The translations under genes and the position numbers were made by a program. From Takakia lepidozioides (taxonomy: Eukaryota > Plantae > Bryophyta): a stretch of 64,000 nt of DNA. The DNA lies in contig CM060732.1 in assembly GCA_030704615.1 (NCBI GenBank), forward strand, positions 53,072,001-53,136,000, given 5' to 3'. The notes beneath the pieces are model-generated. The model had not been told where the DNA came from, did no database searches, and saw only the letters and a list, made by a program, of their open reading frames with translations. Positions 48,880-62,010 of this stretch are shown here, piece by piece; the first letter of the stretch is position 1, and each line of letters starts with the position of its first letter.

Positions 48880-51800
48880 TAAGGAAAGGACCTGTAGTTG
48901 ACCAATGCGGTAGACCAATACTCACCTGCAATAGACCAATGCGGCAGACCATGATCGCAGATCACCTGCAGTACACTAGTACTCACCTACAGTAGACCAA
49001 TGCGGCAGAGCATCTGGGAGTCCCTCTATGTGTTTTTTAAAGGATTGATGAAGGAGACCAATGAAGTCAATAAATGAGCCAAAGTGAATCAGTAGACCAA
49101 TGTAGTAGAGCAATGAAGCAAGCATAATTCAATGAAGCACTTAAATGGGTAGACCAAGATAGTACAGTGGACTAACGATAAAATAGCAACATCATTATAT
49201 GTCTTGACATCGAGATCCTTCTAATAAAACCTACACCATAACTCAAGCAATCGGTCTGTAGCCTCGGATTCCTGTTTCTCTAGGGCTTTCAGGTCCTCGG
49301 TGGCAATACTGCACTCAAACAACATTGTTTTTCCCTCAGAGATATGTGCGTTGAAAGTGGAGCCAAATCGGGCAGTGAACCTGCACAAACTCGGAAAAAG
49401 CCTTTAAGAAGATAGACCACGACAGAACCGGGCTGGCAGACCCAGAAGGACCACACCCAGAAAGACCAGACCTACAACGGATACGGTAACAGACCCAATG
49501 AACAGACCAATGGAGCGGATGAACGGCAGCCACATCAGACCCAACAGACCCATACAAACTTTTTACTGCGGACCCATGGAGTTGGTGTGTTCAGAGCACT
49601 CATGTACACTCCGGACTTGGGTTTTTTTGCAGCGTCTTTTTTGGGGGGAATTGTTTTTAGCCTCGGGTCTGCCACGCCATCTGGTATGCACTTCTTCCCA
49701 GCTACCGTCGCTCTATTTGGTGAAGCAAGTTCCTCCAACTTCTTTTCCAATGCAACAACCGTCTCCTTCATACCCTCCTGGAGCTGGCTAGCTCGGCTTC
49801 GCAGCAGGATTGTGTCCTGGGGTTTATTAACACTCTGTGGTCCCATTCTAGATGCTTCTTGCACTCCATGGGTGGAACTGGCCCCTAAGGTGGGGGTTAT
49901 TACTACTGGTCCACCCTTTGTGCTTGACCCTATGTTGAGCACCTGCGACGGACCACGAGCTGAGACCTCAGATGCCAGAACCTTCACACGAATATCAGAC
50001 CACAAAACATCAGCAATCACCACCCAAATGCACAGGAAAAAAAATTGGACTGCAAAAATGCAATGGAATCATACCTTTGTAGGCGCTGTGGGTGTCTGCA
50101 ATAGCGCCACTCCTGTGGCAGGTACATCTTCGACTACAGTGACTGGATCCAGAGAATGAGAATGGACAGAAACATGTGCATGGGTTTCGGCAAGGTCTGC
50201 TGAATGGTCTGCTGTGGGGTCTACCTTGTCAGTGTGGAGTCGAACATAAGAAGCACCCTATCAACGGATTCGTCTAACGCCAGTTGTGGGTGTACAGACG
50301 AGTCAGGGTCCACACAAGTAAGCGGCAAAACGGCCAAAGATGCGTCCTCATCTTCTGTAGACCATGCCTCTAGCAGATGGGGAAGGTCACAGACCAAACT
50401 GTCACAGTCATAGTCCATAGTTGCAATTGCAGAATTGGTCTGTACTATGGATAAATGAGCATTGACGCCTTCTCGGTTCTGTTCAGGCTGTGCTGTGTCA
50501 GAAGATCTGGTGGCAAAAGTAAGGTCCACTACCATTCTTTGCTTCTCAGCAGATGTTGCAGTGGGGGGGAAATGAATTGCTCCTCTCATTTTCGGCAACT
50601 CGTAAGTGCCAGGGAGGATCGGCGTCGCTTCCTGGGTTTTTTCCGCCAAGACTTCACGAATGTCTGATGTCCTGCACTGGCAGGGTCTGCTGATGTTGGA
50701 ATGGTGAGGTGTCAGCGTCCATACCTGCGTCGCGATGCACTTCTGCGGTGCTGTTGTCAAGCAATGTACCAGGCAGGGTGTCCTCCGGCAAGGTCTGATC
50801 AGGTCTGCACTGGTTGGGAAAGGTATATTTTGATACGGTCTGGTGTGGTGTGGTGTGGTCTGGTATCCTCTGGTCTTCTGGGGTCTGGTCTGTTGTGCAC
50901 TCGGCTCGTCTGGAGTCCATCGCTCTGGTGTGGTCTGGTCTGGTATCATCTGGTCTTTTGGGGTCTGGTCTGTTGTGCACTCGGCTCGTCTGGAGCTCTG
51001 GTGTGGTCTGGTCTAGTGAGGACTCCTCCGGTCTGGTCTGGTCTGGTCTTGTCTGGTCTGCATTGGTATGCTCTGGTCTGCTTTCCACCGCAGCGGTCTG
51101 CTCTAGGAAGGTGGATGGTGGGAAGGTCTGCATGTGATGTAAGATGGGTGCCCGCTGATCTGGAAAGGTCTGCTCATGGAAGGTGTTGTGGAAGTTGTTG
51201 TCTGGAAAGGTGTGCATAACCAAGGTCTCCCCGGTAATTTTGGGTAAGGTGTGCAATGCCTCCACGAAAGTTTGTTTTGCCAAAGACAAATTTTTGTCAC
51301 CCAAACGAGTCTCACGAAGTCTAGCCAACGATTCGAGAAAAAGGGCCTCGGACTTTGGGTGTCCCACCACATTGTCTGGTTGGGGGAGTACTGACAATCC
51401 AGTCGGGGGTCTACTGTTCCTTGTTCTCCATCAACAAGGTCTGCTGGTTTGCATGTCGGTACTTGGGATTTTGCTGGGAAGGGTCTGCTCGTTGCGGTCT
51501 TCCTGGGTCTCCATGGGAGTTGGGTTCTGTGTAGATGAAGGGTCTGTTGCTGTACGAACTCCAATGAGCCTGCATTTAACGGGTGACTCGACGCCAGTAA
51601 GGCCACGGAGGGCTCTTAGAAGCTGTCGTGTGCCATTGGCGTATTGGTCAAGAGCATTCCGAACAAGCTCGTCCTCCAGGTCATACTCTGCAACAATGTC
51701 ACAAACATTGTCAGAAACAAAGCATTCATCCTTGGTCTGCTAACAATGCAGGAGCGTGCGGTTTTGGACATTGCATTCAACAAACGACATGCTTTCCAAG

Positions 51801-52860
51801 AGCGGGTTTCCAGCAGAGGACCGTGTTGCAGCTCTGGGAGAGCTTGACAAGGCCTTCATGGATCGGCTGATGAAAGATATTGGACTGTGGACCACAGTCC
51901 TAGATCATGGTATGTCATCAGACCTAACAAATCTTATTAACAGACGTTGTCGGTGGCCATGAACGCAGACCTTCTCGCAGACTTTATCCCAGACCATGTG
52001 AACCATGACAACCAACAGACGTTGTGAAGCAGACCACGTCAACTAGCAAACCCCCATGTACTCTTCCATGCACACATGCGGAAGAGGCCATGCACGTCGT
52101 ACAGGCGGCCGTGGCCCATTATACTGAAGTTGCAAAATGGTATCAAGCTCCCCAATATATTCAAGCTTGCTTCTTTCGGGTCGAGTGTCCCTTCTGCTTG
52201 TGTCACGGAATCTTGCCAATATGTTGCACACAAATCGGAGTCAAAAGTGGTCTTCCGGCGCATGTCAAGAGAGCGGATGCGGAAATGGCGATCATGAACC
52301 CACATTGAGGTGAACGAAAGGGCATATTGGGATGCCCCCCTCGATAGCTCGCGCACCAAGGGTGACACCACCTCACCGTTGTTCATTGCATGTTCAACTG
52401 CACTCCAAGGCCAATGACGGAAGGGTCTCAATTGTTGCAAATCAGAAGGCAAAGCAGAAACTGGCCCTCGCCCGCGGTCTCGCCCTAGTGATGCACGCGC
52501 CTGATCCCGTCCATGTGTGCGTCTCCAAGTGTGACTAGCCTCCAACCGCCGTGCATTCTCATTCACATGTCTTGCCTCCCACTCCACCATACACGAGGTG
52601 TTCTTCAACACAAAGACATGTGCTTGCTCTACCAATGTGGCGGAAAGCTTCACCCTCTTGGACTTATTTGGCAAAACTTGCTTCTTCCTTGTTACATCCC
52701 CCTCTTCCTTCCACATTCGGGGGGCATCTTTGTCCACCCTCTTCATGTACTCTGTACATAGAACCATAGCCTCCTGCATTGGATTCGGCAGGGGCCGGCT
52801 CTGGAAGCAGCCTCCACATTTGGCTAACTCTATAAAATTTGCCTCCATTGGATCATAACG
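48880..52860 (-). mobile_element. CACTA/En-Spm element relic (Tnp2 C-terminal region plus repeat-rich second gene region)
   Basis: 52039-52848 ORF EAMVLCTEYM...QAHVFVLKNT...FTSMWVHDRHFRIRSLDMRRKTTFDS resembles the region downstream of the Tnp2 core; dense AGACC/GGTCT motifs throughout; termini not identified. Confidence 0.65.
50835..51080. repeat. (TGGTC)n/(TGTGG)n pentanucleotide tract with an ~80-bp-period internal duplication
   Basis: tggtctggtatc.tctggtctt..gggtctggtctgttgtgcactcggctcgtctggag occurs twice; flanking pentamer arrays. Confidence 0.85.
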
Positions 52861-55641
52861 TCGTTAACTGCTTATCTGTAAAATGAGATTAAGCTTAAGC
52901 ATAAGTTTAATTTACTGAGCTAATCCACTTCATATAGACATGTCACTACTGTTTTCGTATCCGTTATCATCCCTAAATGTGACAGCGAACTTTGCCATAC
53001 TTCATCACCAATGATTCAGAATCGCCATAAATTTGAACTTTGAAATCACTATAATGAACATGTTTAGGCACTAAAATTGAGATGAATAATTAGTTAATCT
53101 GACATCAGGTATTTAATTACGCATCAGTTTCTCTTTAGTGGATCTCCTGACCTGCTCACCCATATATCTCAATTATTGAGATTTCGGTAACCCTCCTTGA
53201 ACCTAAATATGTCACACATATGAGTGAACGTGGTCCCCACTTCACTTTAAGATAAAAGCGTGCCATTTTTTGATACAAAAATAGGTCTCCATTTCAGGTC
53301 CCTGTCCATAATTCTAAGTCTCCTGGCTAACAACAAGGGTAAGGCAGGGAAAATTGGAAAATATTCTGCGTCCTGACAAAATCTTGGGAGCTAAAGTGGG
53401 TCACTCGCAAGAACAAGGCAGCTGACCCTCCAGTCTGGTGGGTCTGCCGCGGGACAGGACAGTAGACCCTTGGTCCTGGACCCAGGTGGCCGTGGGATGA
53501 CCCTTTGCCCTTTTCCGTAGCTGGCCCTGTGGATTTTTAACACTGTTGATCCAGCCATTTAAGAATTTCATTAAGATTGGTGAAATTTCTTTCCTACTCT
53601 GCAGTGGTTTCAAAATGAACCATGGTCAAATGTCATGAAAATTGAGGTGAAGGTAGGGGATTAGTGCTTTATTTCCTGGCAAAAATTAGCCATAATTAAA
53701 CCTGGAGACGCTCAAGATTTCACCCTGGAAAATGGATCAGCTACTTGTACAAAAGAATAATGGATAATCGAAAAGTTCAACAGAGCGCCAGTATTTGATC
53801 TTGCCTACGTGGACCTGTTAAACGTGCCCACCTGTTATATAAGCCACTTTTCTGACCCGACCACCTCATCTCGCCACATGGGCGCTGGCTACATGAGGCC
53901 CTTATTTGAAGATAAAAACACAGTCTGGGATATAGTTAACAACATGCTTACACCACGTACTGTTGTACATAAGCAAAGTGTTAGTTTTATAACACAAAGG
54001 TGGCAGGAGGGTCAGATTTAGCAGGTTTTTGTGAAGAAAACTGTAGGCATACAGGGGTTAAGTTGATGTATAAGAGACCAAGGTACAACACAGCTGGTGG
54101 GGCGAAGTGTCAAAGTCTCGTTGTCTGAAACGAGGTCAACCGCAGTTCACACCACAAATGAAAACTGATCATTTTAGTAGTGGTGGACATTGCTGTGGCG
54201 GTCCTCTGACATACACACTAGCTTTTGTGTGACAAGCTTCCTAGCAGGTCGTCACAGTAGCTCGACAAGTACTCTGGACTTGTGCACAGCCAAATTATCT
54301 AGAAGAAAAGGTCATAGATAAGTGTCAAGCTACAAGAACGTTGGTAGTAGTTGACCAGAACTAGTACTGGACTTGCATTAATTTTCAAGAAAATAAGCAG
54401 GAAGAAGAAATGGGAAAATACTTGGTCCACATTTATTAGCGAACCCACAACAGCCACCCATACATGGTAAGTTGGTTCAATACCGCCCAATTTGTCATTT
54501 TCTTTGCATCATTGCGAGTGGGATCCACTGAATGCCTGTGACTATGGCAGTCACAACGCGTACAGAGCTTTTTGTCCAGAAGGCAGCAAGCATACTACCC
54601 TTCAACTAGGGTCAACCACCCTACATGCACACCATGCATTACAACAAATCAGACTACTTAAGAATGCAGAGAACGAGTGTCCCAGTTGACCTTAGATCAG
54701 AAACAGAGATGCAGCTCACCCACTGGGGAGGGTGCAATTGCCCACTTAAAGTATTTTTTAATTAAATTCGTGAGCGGTTTTATTGGGACTGGAAAACAAC
54801 ATGACAACATTATAAACAGCACACACAAAAATTGTGGCCACCCAACAATGCCACATTTAAAATGGGCTAAAATAATACTGAGACTGCCAAGTGGCCCTTG
54901 CAGTCAGAGGGGCCGTATGTACAGCAAGAAGACCCCTGATGCAGATAGCTGAATATTGACCAACATAGTTTATCGAGACAGACCCTTGCGAAAAGGAAGT
55001 AAGGGCTCTCAGAGGAGACCCTTAGCTTATCCTCAATGTCAAGGTTCACCACAAGAACTACCTGTGTGAGCCTGTACAGTTGGAACGAAGGACACTCACT
55101 TTTATACACACCGTTACAGCTAACTCCTGCCTTGATCCATTTCCCTCTTTTCACACAAGCATACTGCTCTGTACCCATTCACACTGCCGCCCCTTTCTAC
55201 TTGGACTGTTAGGACTGAAGCCCCCCAATCCTACAGAGAGGGAGGAAGGACTGGTCAGAAGACATACCACTGGTAATATCTCCCAGAGCGAGCCTCCCTT
55301 CAGGGAGGCAATGAGTACAAACACATCAACAACCGACGACAAGCTACAAAAAGATACATGCCGGTACAAGCTGAATAACACTCTCACTCCCTCACAGCCC
55401 CCTTCATCAAGCACCAATCAAGTAAAATATGACACTATTACACTATTTACTGCTGCAAAGAGCTCTTCCGCACTCCGCACCATAATTCCAAGCCTGTCTT
55501 GCCACAAAACTTCCCCACTTACCAAAGACCAGAATAGTGGACTGCAGGAAAGGAAGATGAGCAGAATGGGCCTTCGGCAACCAGCTAGAGAACAGGGCCC
55601 TCGCCACAAGGAATCCACCATTGCTCAGTGGATGTGAAGTC

Positions 55642-58600
55642 TCAAGCAGGGAGGTGTGCCATGTAGGCAGCACTGCGTCTTTCTGCACCCAAAGAGACCC
55701 AAGAGACAGACTTTAAGGGACTTCCTTTGAGAGCAAGTTAGGTTGGCATTCAAGTGAAATAACAGTAAGGAGGATAAAAAGGTCATGAAAAGCACAAATA
55801 GGGAAGCATTACCTCCGGCCGCAACAAGTTTCTCCACACGTGCAACAATGTGTTTTCCATATGTATATTTTTTGAGCGCATGCAAGTGCACCCGAATGCG
55901 TGATAAGAGAATTTCACGCTGCTGCTCATCACATGTCTCCAGTACCTTTTGGACCACGTAATTTGCAAATTGGTCTTTCATCATTGCCTATACCAGCCCA
56001 CCAGTAGCTTCCCTCAGTCACGCCTTATAATCCTTATGCACAAACTCTGCCACCTTATCCAACATTATTGTTGAACTAAATCTGTCCAACACTCCAGTGT
56101 AGTGAAAGCCCGGCAAGGATCATTCACACATCACAATACTGTTTGGAATTCTTCTGATGGGGGATTAAACTGCATTCAATAGTTTGCTGGGCAGCAGCTA
56201 TTTGACAACCCCAAATGAAGACAGATACATCAGTGCTTGGTAATGCTGCTGAACCTATTCTACCATCCCAGCCAGAGATAAGAAAGACAATAACATATTG
56301 AAGTTAAGTGGTCACTGTAAAAGAGCTACACCCTTTAAATGAAAAAAGGGATGAAAAATGGCAGACCTGAAGGGGCTCATTCTCATCTGTGTGGCCAAGC
56401 ATTTCGTTGATCAAAATCTGGCGCTCGGCTGGGCCCCCAAACTCCAAGCACTTTTCCACAACATTTGAAGCAAATTTGTGTTGACTCATTTGTACAATTT
56501 GGCCAGCCAGCTTTGTAATAATTTCACTTCTCTCAGGTCCCCGCCCATGCTCTAGCACATGCTGGGCCCCAACCCATCCGACAAATTCAACAACTGACTT
56601 AGATAGATTCATACCACAAATATTATTCCTGTAAAAGCGTTGTCCTGCAGCTAATCTACACTGGTCATCCTGACTAACTTTTACTGGAGGTTCTGAAAGG
56701 TAGGTGCATGTCTCCTTACCAGCATTGCTACATTTTAGCAATACAGTAAAGTGTATCACTTTCGAAAGTCCCACCAGGCCTGCACTCCACGATGAGGTGA
56801 ATTTTTCCATCCTAGAGGGATCTAGAGTTCCTCAGACCATGGCACAACATGTATGTACAAAGCGGTGGGCTGTCAGCTCCCCTTTCAGCCACAGACCTCA
56901 GCCCAACATTTCTGCTTGAGGATGTTCTTTGGACAAACCTGGACAACATAGTTGCCATACTGATCTTGAGCAAGATTGCATGTACAGCGTAGGATTTCCT
57001 CCATTATGCCCCTCTGCTTCTGGTCGTCTGTGCAATGCTCTAGCACTCTCTGGAAACATATGCAACATTGTCAACTTCATTTGAAATATTTATGTCTCAG
57101 AGTACAGCGTCTAGTCAAAAGACAAGAATTGATTTTAAGAGATAAAAGTAGATGATCTTAGGAGAGAGTACCTGGATAACACGGCAACCATATGGGTGTT
57201 GGGAGAGCACCACAACCTGCCCATAGAAAGAAGAAATGATAAAATGGATTCTGTCCGGGGGTACACATTCAATGCATTTCTGGATCACATGGTTTCCATT
57301 CTGGTCACGAACACAGCGCATGACATGTCCATCCAGCTCTGAAACCAGCTGTGTCTGTTGATCCACATCTACCACCTCCAATGCCTGCACATCTCACATA
57401 GTACAACAACAGCAGATCAGCCAGACTCTTTATGGCTCTATAAGGCTGTTCGAAGTCTACATGACGGAGTCCCTCCTACCCCGAAGGTCATACCTTCTGG
57501 ATGACCCGACAGCCATACATTTGAAGGCTGAGAGCAAGAACATGCCCCACCAACTGACTTGCCAGATCATGCCTCTGCTGCTCGGTCCCATGCTCAAAAA
57601 ACTGCAACAAACAAATTTCCATATTTCACTCAGTAAGACGTCCGACAATAAGAAACCATGACTGTGTTAAAAACTTAGTTCTCCTAGATAAACCAATACC
57701 ATTACAGCCCTTCAGATCATACTTCTCATTTGTAAACTCAAAACAATGAAAATTCTGGCTACTAAATTCCCACTAAATGTATTGTAAAAGCTACAATCAG
57801 CTGATGAGTCTAACAAGGGCAGTTCCTTAACAGCATGGGATGTCTTCCTTTCCTCATACAGCTTGTGTCAACTCATAAGTCCAGGGAAGATCTTCCAAGT
57901 CAGCCATACACTGGTGTTAAAGCCATGACCAAAATATGGTAAACAAACACACCTTAGGGGAAAAAGAAAAAGGTCCTTCTTGACTCCTCTGTCCACTTTT
58001 TGTTATACAGTTTTATTCATTTCCAATAGTTCCATTGGGTGGTACATAAAGCTACCTTTGTAGACAACCATTGCAACAGGCCCCCAGCGCATATTACTTT
58101 CCATTCCAAATATTGAAGTTCTAAAGGAAGCGCAGGTACTGGTTAAAGGGCTCTCTGCCAACAATTTGAAGTGTGACGTCCTTCCTTTCCATTTAAAATG
58201 AAAGATATAACTCCGTAAGATAGAACCTTGGAAGTGGACACAGTATTGGCACCAACATATGACTATCAGCTGACATACTAGTCACTTCTCTACTATCTCC
58301 ACCAAGAGGAAAGTCCCAACCTTTTGTATAACATAGTTGCCAAAAACATCAGTCATGAGCGTCAACGCTTGAGGTAAAACTTCCTGGAAAACCATGGATT
58401 TCTCTTCTGGGGCAGCAGTCTCAAGCTTTTGTTGGATGAAGCGGCTCCCATGCTGATCAGCACTGCATAAGATAGCACAAATTAGAATCAGCTGCCAACA
58501 ATTGCAATAATGTGGCCTTGAAGAACCAATCACCAATTGCAAACAAAGATCGTCAATAAGACCTCAAATAACCCCTAAAACATGGTGATAGCATACAGGG

Positions 58601-61600
58601 GCAACAGACTGATTTATCCAATGGCAAGAATGTAATATCCTAGTCAGAGGCTGAATGCTACCATAGTAGAGGAGAAAACTAGGAAAGGCGTACCTAAAAT
58701 CCACAACATGCCCAGCAATGTCTGACAGCTCAAACCGCCGGGTCTTGCTGTTCTTAAATTCTTCAAGCAAAGAAGATCCATGGATCTCATCAGTAGCTTC
58801 ACTAGTTTTCTGTGATTGCCAACCAGAACAGCTCCCCCCAGTCACAGTAGAAGCGCTGGATCTTCCGGCTCCCGAAGAGAGGCGCAAGCTACGGTCATCG
58901 CGTCTCAAAGTTGCAGGGCCGGCTGGTGACACAGGGCTGGCGAGGGAAGAATTAGGGTATGGCATCACCAGTCCAACACCTGGGGGGCTTTCATAGTAGC
59001 CTGGACTCACTGACCCAGTCTTGTTACTGGCAATGGGCACCCCAACTGATCTGCTTCGTGCATACTGCAATTTCTGCTCTGCCGAATACCCTAACATAGC
59101 ACTTAATTGGCTCTTTTGAAGCTCTAACAGATCCATAGGAGCCCCTCCCATGTAGTTTCTCGAGATGGAAGGATCACTGAGAGCTGCAGCTGCACGAGCA
59201 TCTTCTGCAGCACGTTGAACATACTGGAGATATAGTGGGTCAGGCAAAGGGTGTGTAAGCCCAGTGCTTGCCTGCCCCGTGAATTTGTACAAGTTCTGTA
59301 TATCCACAGCATTTTGAGCAGGAGAGCCAGGAACTCCTGCCCTCACCCCCATGCTTGCAGCAACTGCTGCCACAGCTGCTGCTGCTCCATCAAATGCTAC
59401 AGGTGCTGGGTAGCCAGCCATCATTGGGGCAAGCATTGCTGGGTTCATTGGATAGCCCCCCATCCCATACTGTGGGGCATAAACAGGGGCAGAATGAAAA
59501 TTAGGGTAATAAGAGTTGCCCACCATGTATGACATAGCTGCAGCTGCTGCAGCGGCATACATGCCAGGCGCAGCTGCGCCAGCCTGGAGTGTAGGCTGAA
59601 GGGTAGCTGTCTGCACTTGCTGACTTGGGATGCCCGGAACATTGAACTTCATCTGACCCCTATAGCTGGGATCCAAGCCTGAATACATTTGTTGCTGCTG
59701 TTGTAGAGCCTGAGTGTATGCCAGAGTCTGCATTTGCACCATCTGCCATGATGGTTAAAACCCACCAGAGATTTGAGAGCCAAAATTCAACTGTTTCCAC
59801 CTAAACTCACAGCGAGGTTCCTAACATGGGTCACAACCAGCACCCTGGGAATGCAGCTATTAACCACTTGCAGGCCAACATCCGCATGGCTCAGTACAGA
59901 CAAAAGCTTTTCTACTGTTAAAGGAAACTATATCAAAGTACACACTCTGCCAAAAACCAAACTGCATATCAGCCTTGTGACGACCAAGCTGATCTTGGAC
60001 ACGGTAAGCCTCCAGTATGAAGGCCAGCAATGAACCTCACTGGCAGTTTTCTACCCAGGGGTAGAACACCAATTTTAAAAATGGCAAATCTTCAGTAGGT
60101 TATTCAGCGATTATAATGACATCACACCAGGACACGACCAAGTATCAGTTGTGAGATCCCTATAACCACATTTGACAGAGCAAAACTGCCAACCTGGGCT
60201 TGCGCCTGGGCAGCAATTTGGACACGTTGCTGCTGCCGGTGCTGCTGTTGTTGCTGCTGCTGCTGCTGCAAGCGCAGATGCTGCTGCTCTCGTTGTTCTT
60301 GCTGAAGATGCTGCTGCTGCAGGAGCTCCCTCTCTTCAATAGATGCTGATGTCCCTTGAACATCCGCGGTACTTAATCCCCGTAGTGCGGCTGCCAGCTC
60401 CATAGCATTGGCGCTTGTTGCCGCACTGAGGGCCACACTCCTTGCCTCTGCACTTGTCATGCCCCCACCACCTGAGAGTCCTGAAAACCCACCCATCATT
60501 ACCAACCCAGGACTTGCAGAACGGGTGTTTGGCATGGGTGCCTCAGGGGTTGCTATTCTTGCCACAGGTGCTGCAGGCCCAGAAGGCTGCCCATGTTTAT
60601 TATTTCCACCGGGAGCAGGGGTTGAGGAACGTGATCCCTGCCCAGCTGCAGCATTCAACTCAGCAACCGTCGCAGCTACAAGCACAGGTTCCCGTAAATG
60701 GACTAGCTGTACCTCCAGTGAAGCAGCAGCAGCATCCACACCTTCCTCATTTGCGGCCCGGCTTGAGGACCTGGAATGATTGTACACTGGTGAGGGAGTT
60801 CGGGGGAAGTCTTCCTGCAGTGGAGAAACATAAACACTCTCTCAATGTGAGAACCTACAAAGGCTCTGAACTCACATTGACAGGTAACCCAACATAAAAT
60901 GCAATAGCCACATCCAAAGCAGACAAGAGCTTTCACAGATAAAATCAAATTCATGAGGACAAAAAATGATGGAAAACAGAAGAAAAAACAATTACAAGAG
61001 GAAGGAAACCAGGAAGAATGATGTCTCATCAGTTAGAGCACATCTAAGAGTGGAAGAGAAATCAGCTACAAACTCTATAGCAGTGACCAGCTGCCATGAC
61101 TGGCCACTGATTTAATGCTTTACTTTGGTTTTACTAAAACATTATTAAATTAATTTAATCAATATAGGATTTCTGTCCACTGCCCACTGACTTGGAGGTG
61201 TAAGAGTAAAAATCATATAACCCTGCTACAGGCCTGCTTGTGTCACCGCGGTCAAAACAACCCGAGGAACAATCCTGCACTAAGACATACCTGAATAAGG
61301 TCAACAAGACTTTTTGGCCGAGCTCCTAATCCACCTGATGCAAGCCTAATCAAGTCTTCTCTCTCTGCCCACTCGCTGGAGCTCTGTCTTGCGAGATCTC
61401 CCAATGGAGAGGTATCCTCCTCCAAAGGTTCCGGCTCCTCTTTATGTGTCGGTAGAAGTGGCTGAGTGGAAAACAAAGACTTGCTATTGCTATCATCCAT
61501 GGATCTCAGCTTTCTCTTATCTCCAAAGCCCCCCATTCCTCTGCCAGACTGCAACCGTTGCTCCAGGTGCCAATTATCCCAGGAGATCAACGGAGGGGGA

Positions 61601-62010
61601 AGCCTGGGATTTAAATTAATGTGAGAATAATAGTAAGCTAAATATTCAGGATCAGACCGCAGCTCTTGTTCAGAGTCAACTGCATCTCCATCAACTGCAT
61701 GTGCCTTTGAAAGGCGTCCAGAAGATCTGGGACTGGTGGGATGGTTTGAAAAAAATCCACCCATGGCGGCCAAAGACCCCTCCACACTCGGAGGAGCACT
61801 ACCACTTCTTTGTGGTATATTTCTTTCATTTAATATGTTGTCGAACCTTGTGCGCCCTTTGAGCATCATCCCGAGTTCAGTGACTCCATCGCGTGTGGGA
61901 GAGGAACCATGACCTCCAGCACCGGCACCCCTCAGACTATCACCGAGGGTTCCCATACCCCCTCTCATTCCCGCTCCTGAGAGCATTCTAACAGGGCTTT
62001 CTGTCGCCAT
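55642..62010 (-). CDS. APUM: Pumilio/PUF RNA-binding protein (APUM1-6-like), 10 exons, ~1124 aa
   Basis: Phase-consistent exons 62010-61291, 60814-60194, 59742-58694, 58462-58321, 57601-57494, 57384-57172, 57049-56939, 56561-56367, 55987-55813, 55682-55642; [49 protein letters not shown] and eight canonical PUF repeats. Confidence 0.96.
60226..60320 (-). repeat. CAG/CAA poly-Gln tract in Pumilio exon 2
   Basis: [34 protein letters not shown]. Confidence 0.9.

Noticed and set aside
57801-57840. Hammerhead ribozyme core (CTGATGAG)
   Set aside because: No matching GAAA core or closing stems found nearby
18272-62010. Functional translation-control cluster (eIF4G + Pumilio)
   Set aside because: Separated by over 20 kb with an unrelated gene and TEs; proximity of two housekeeping genes is not evidence of a system
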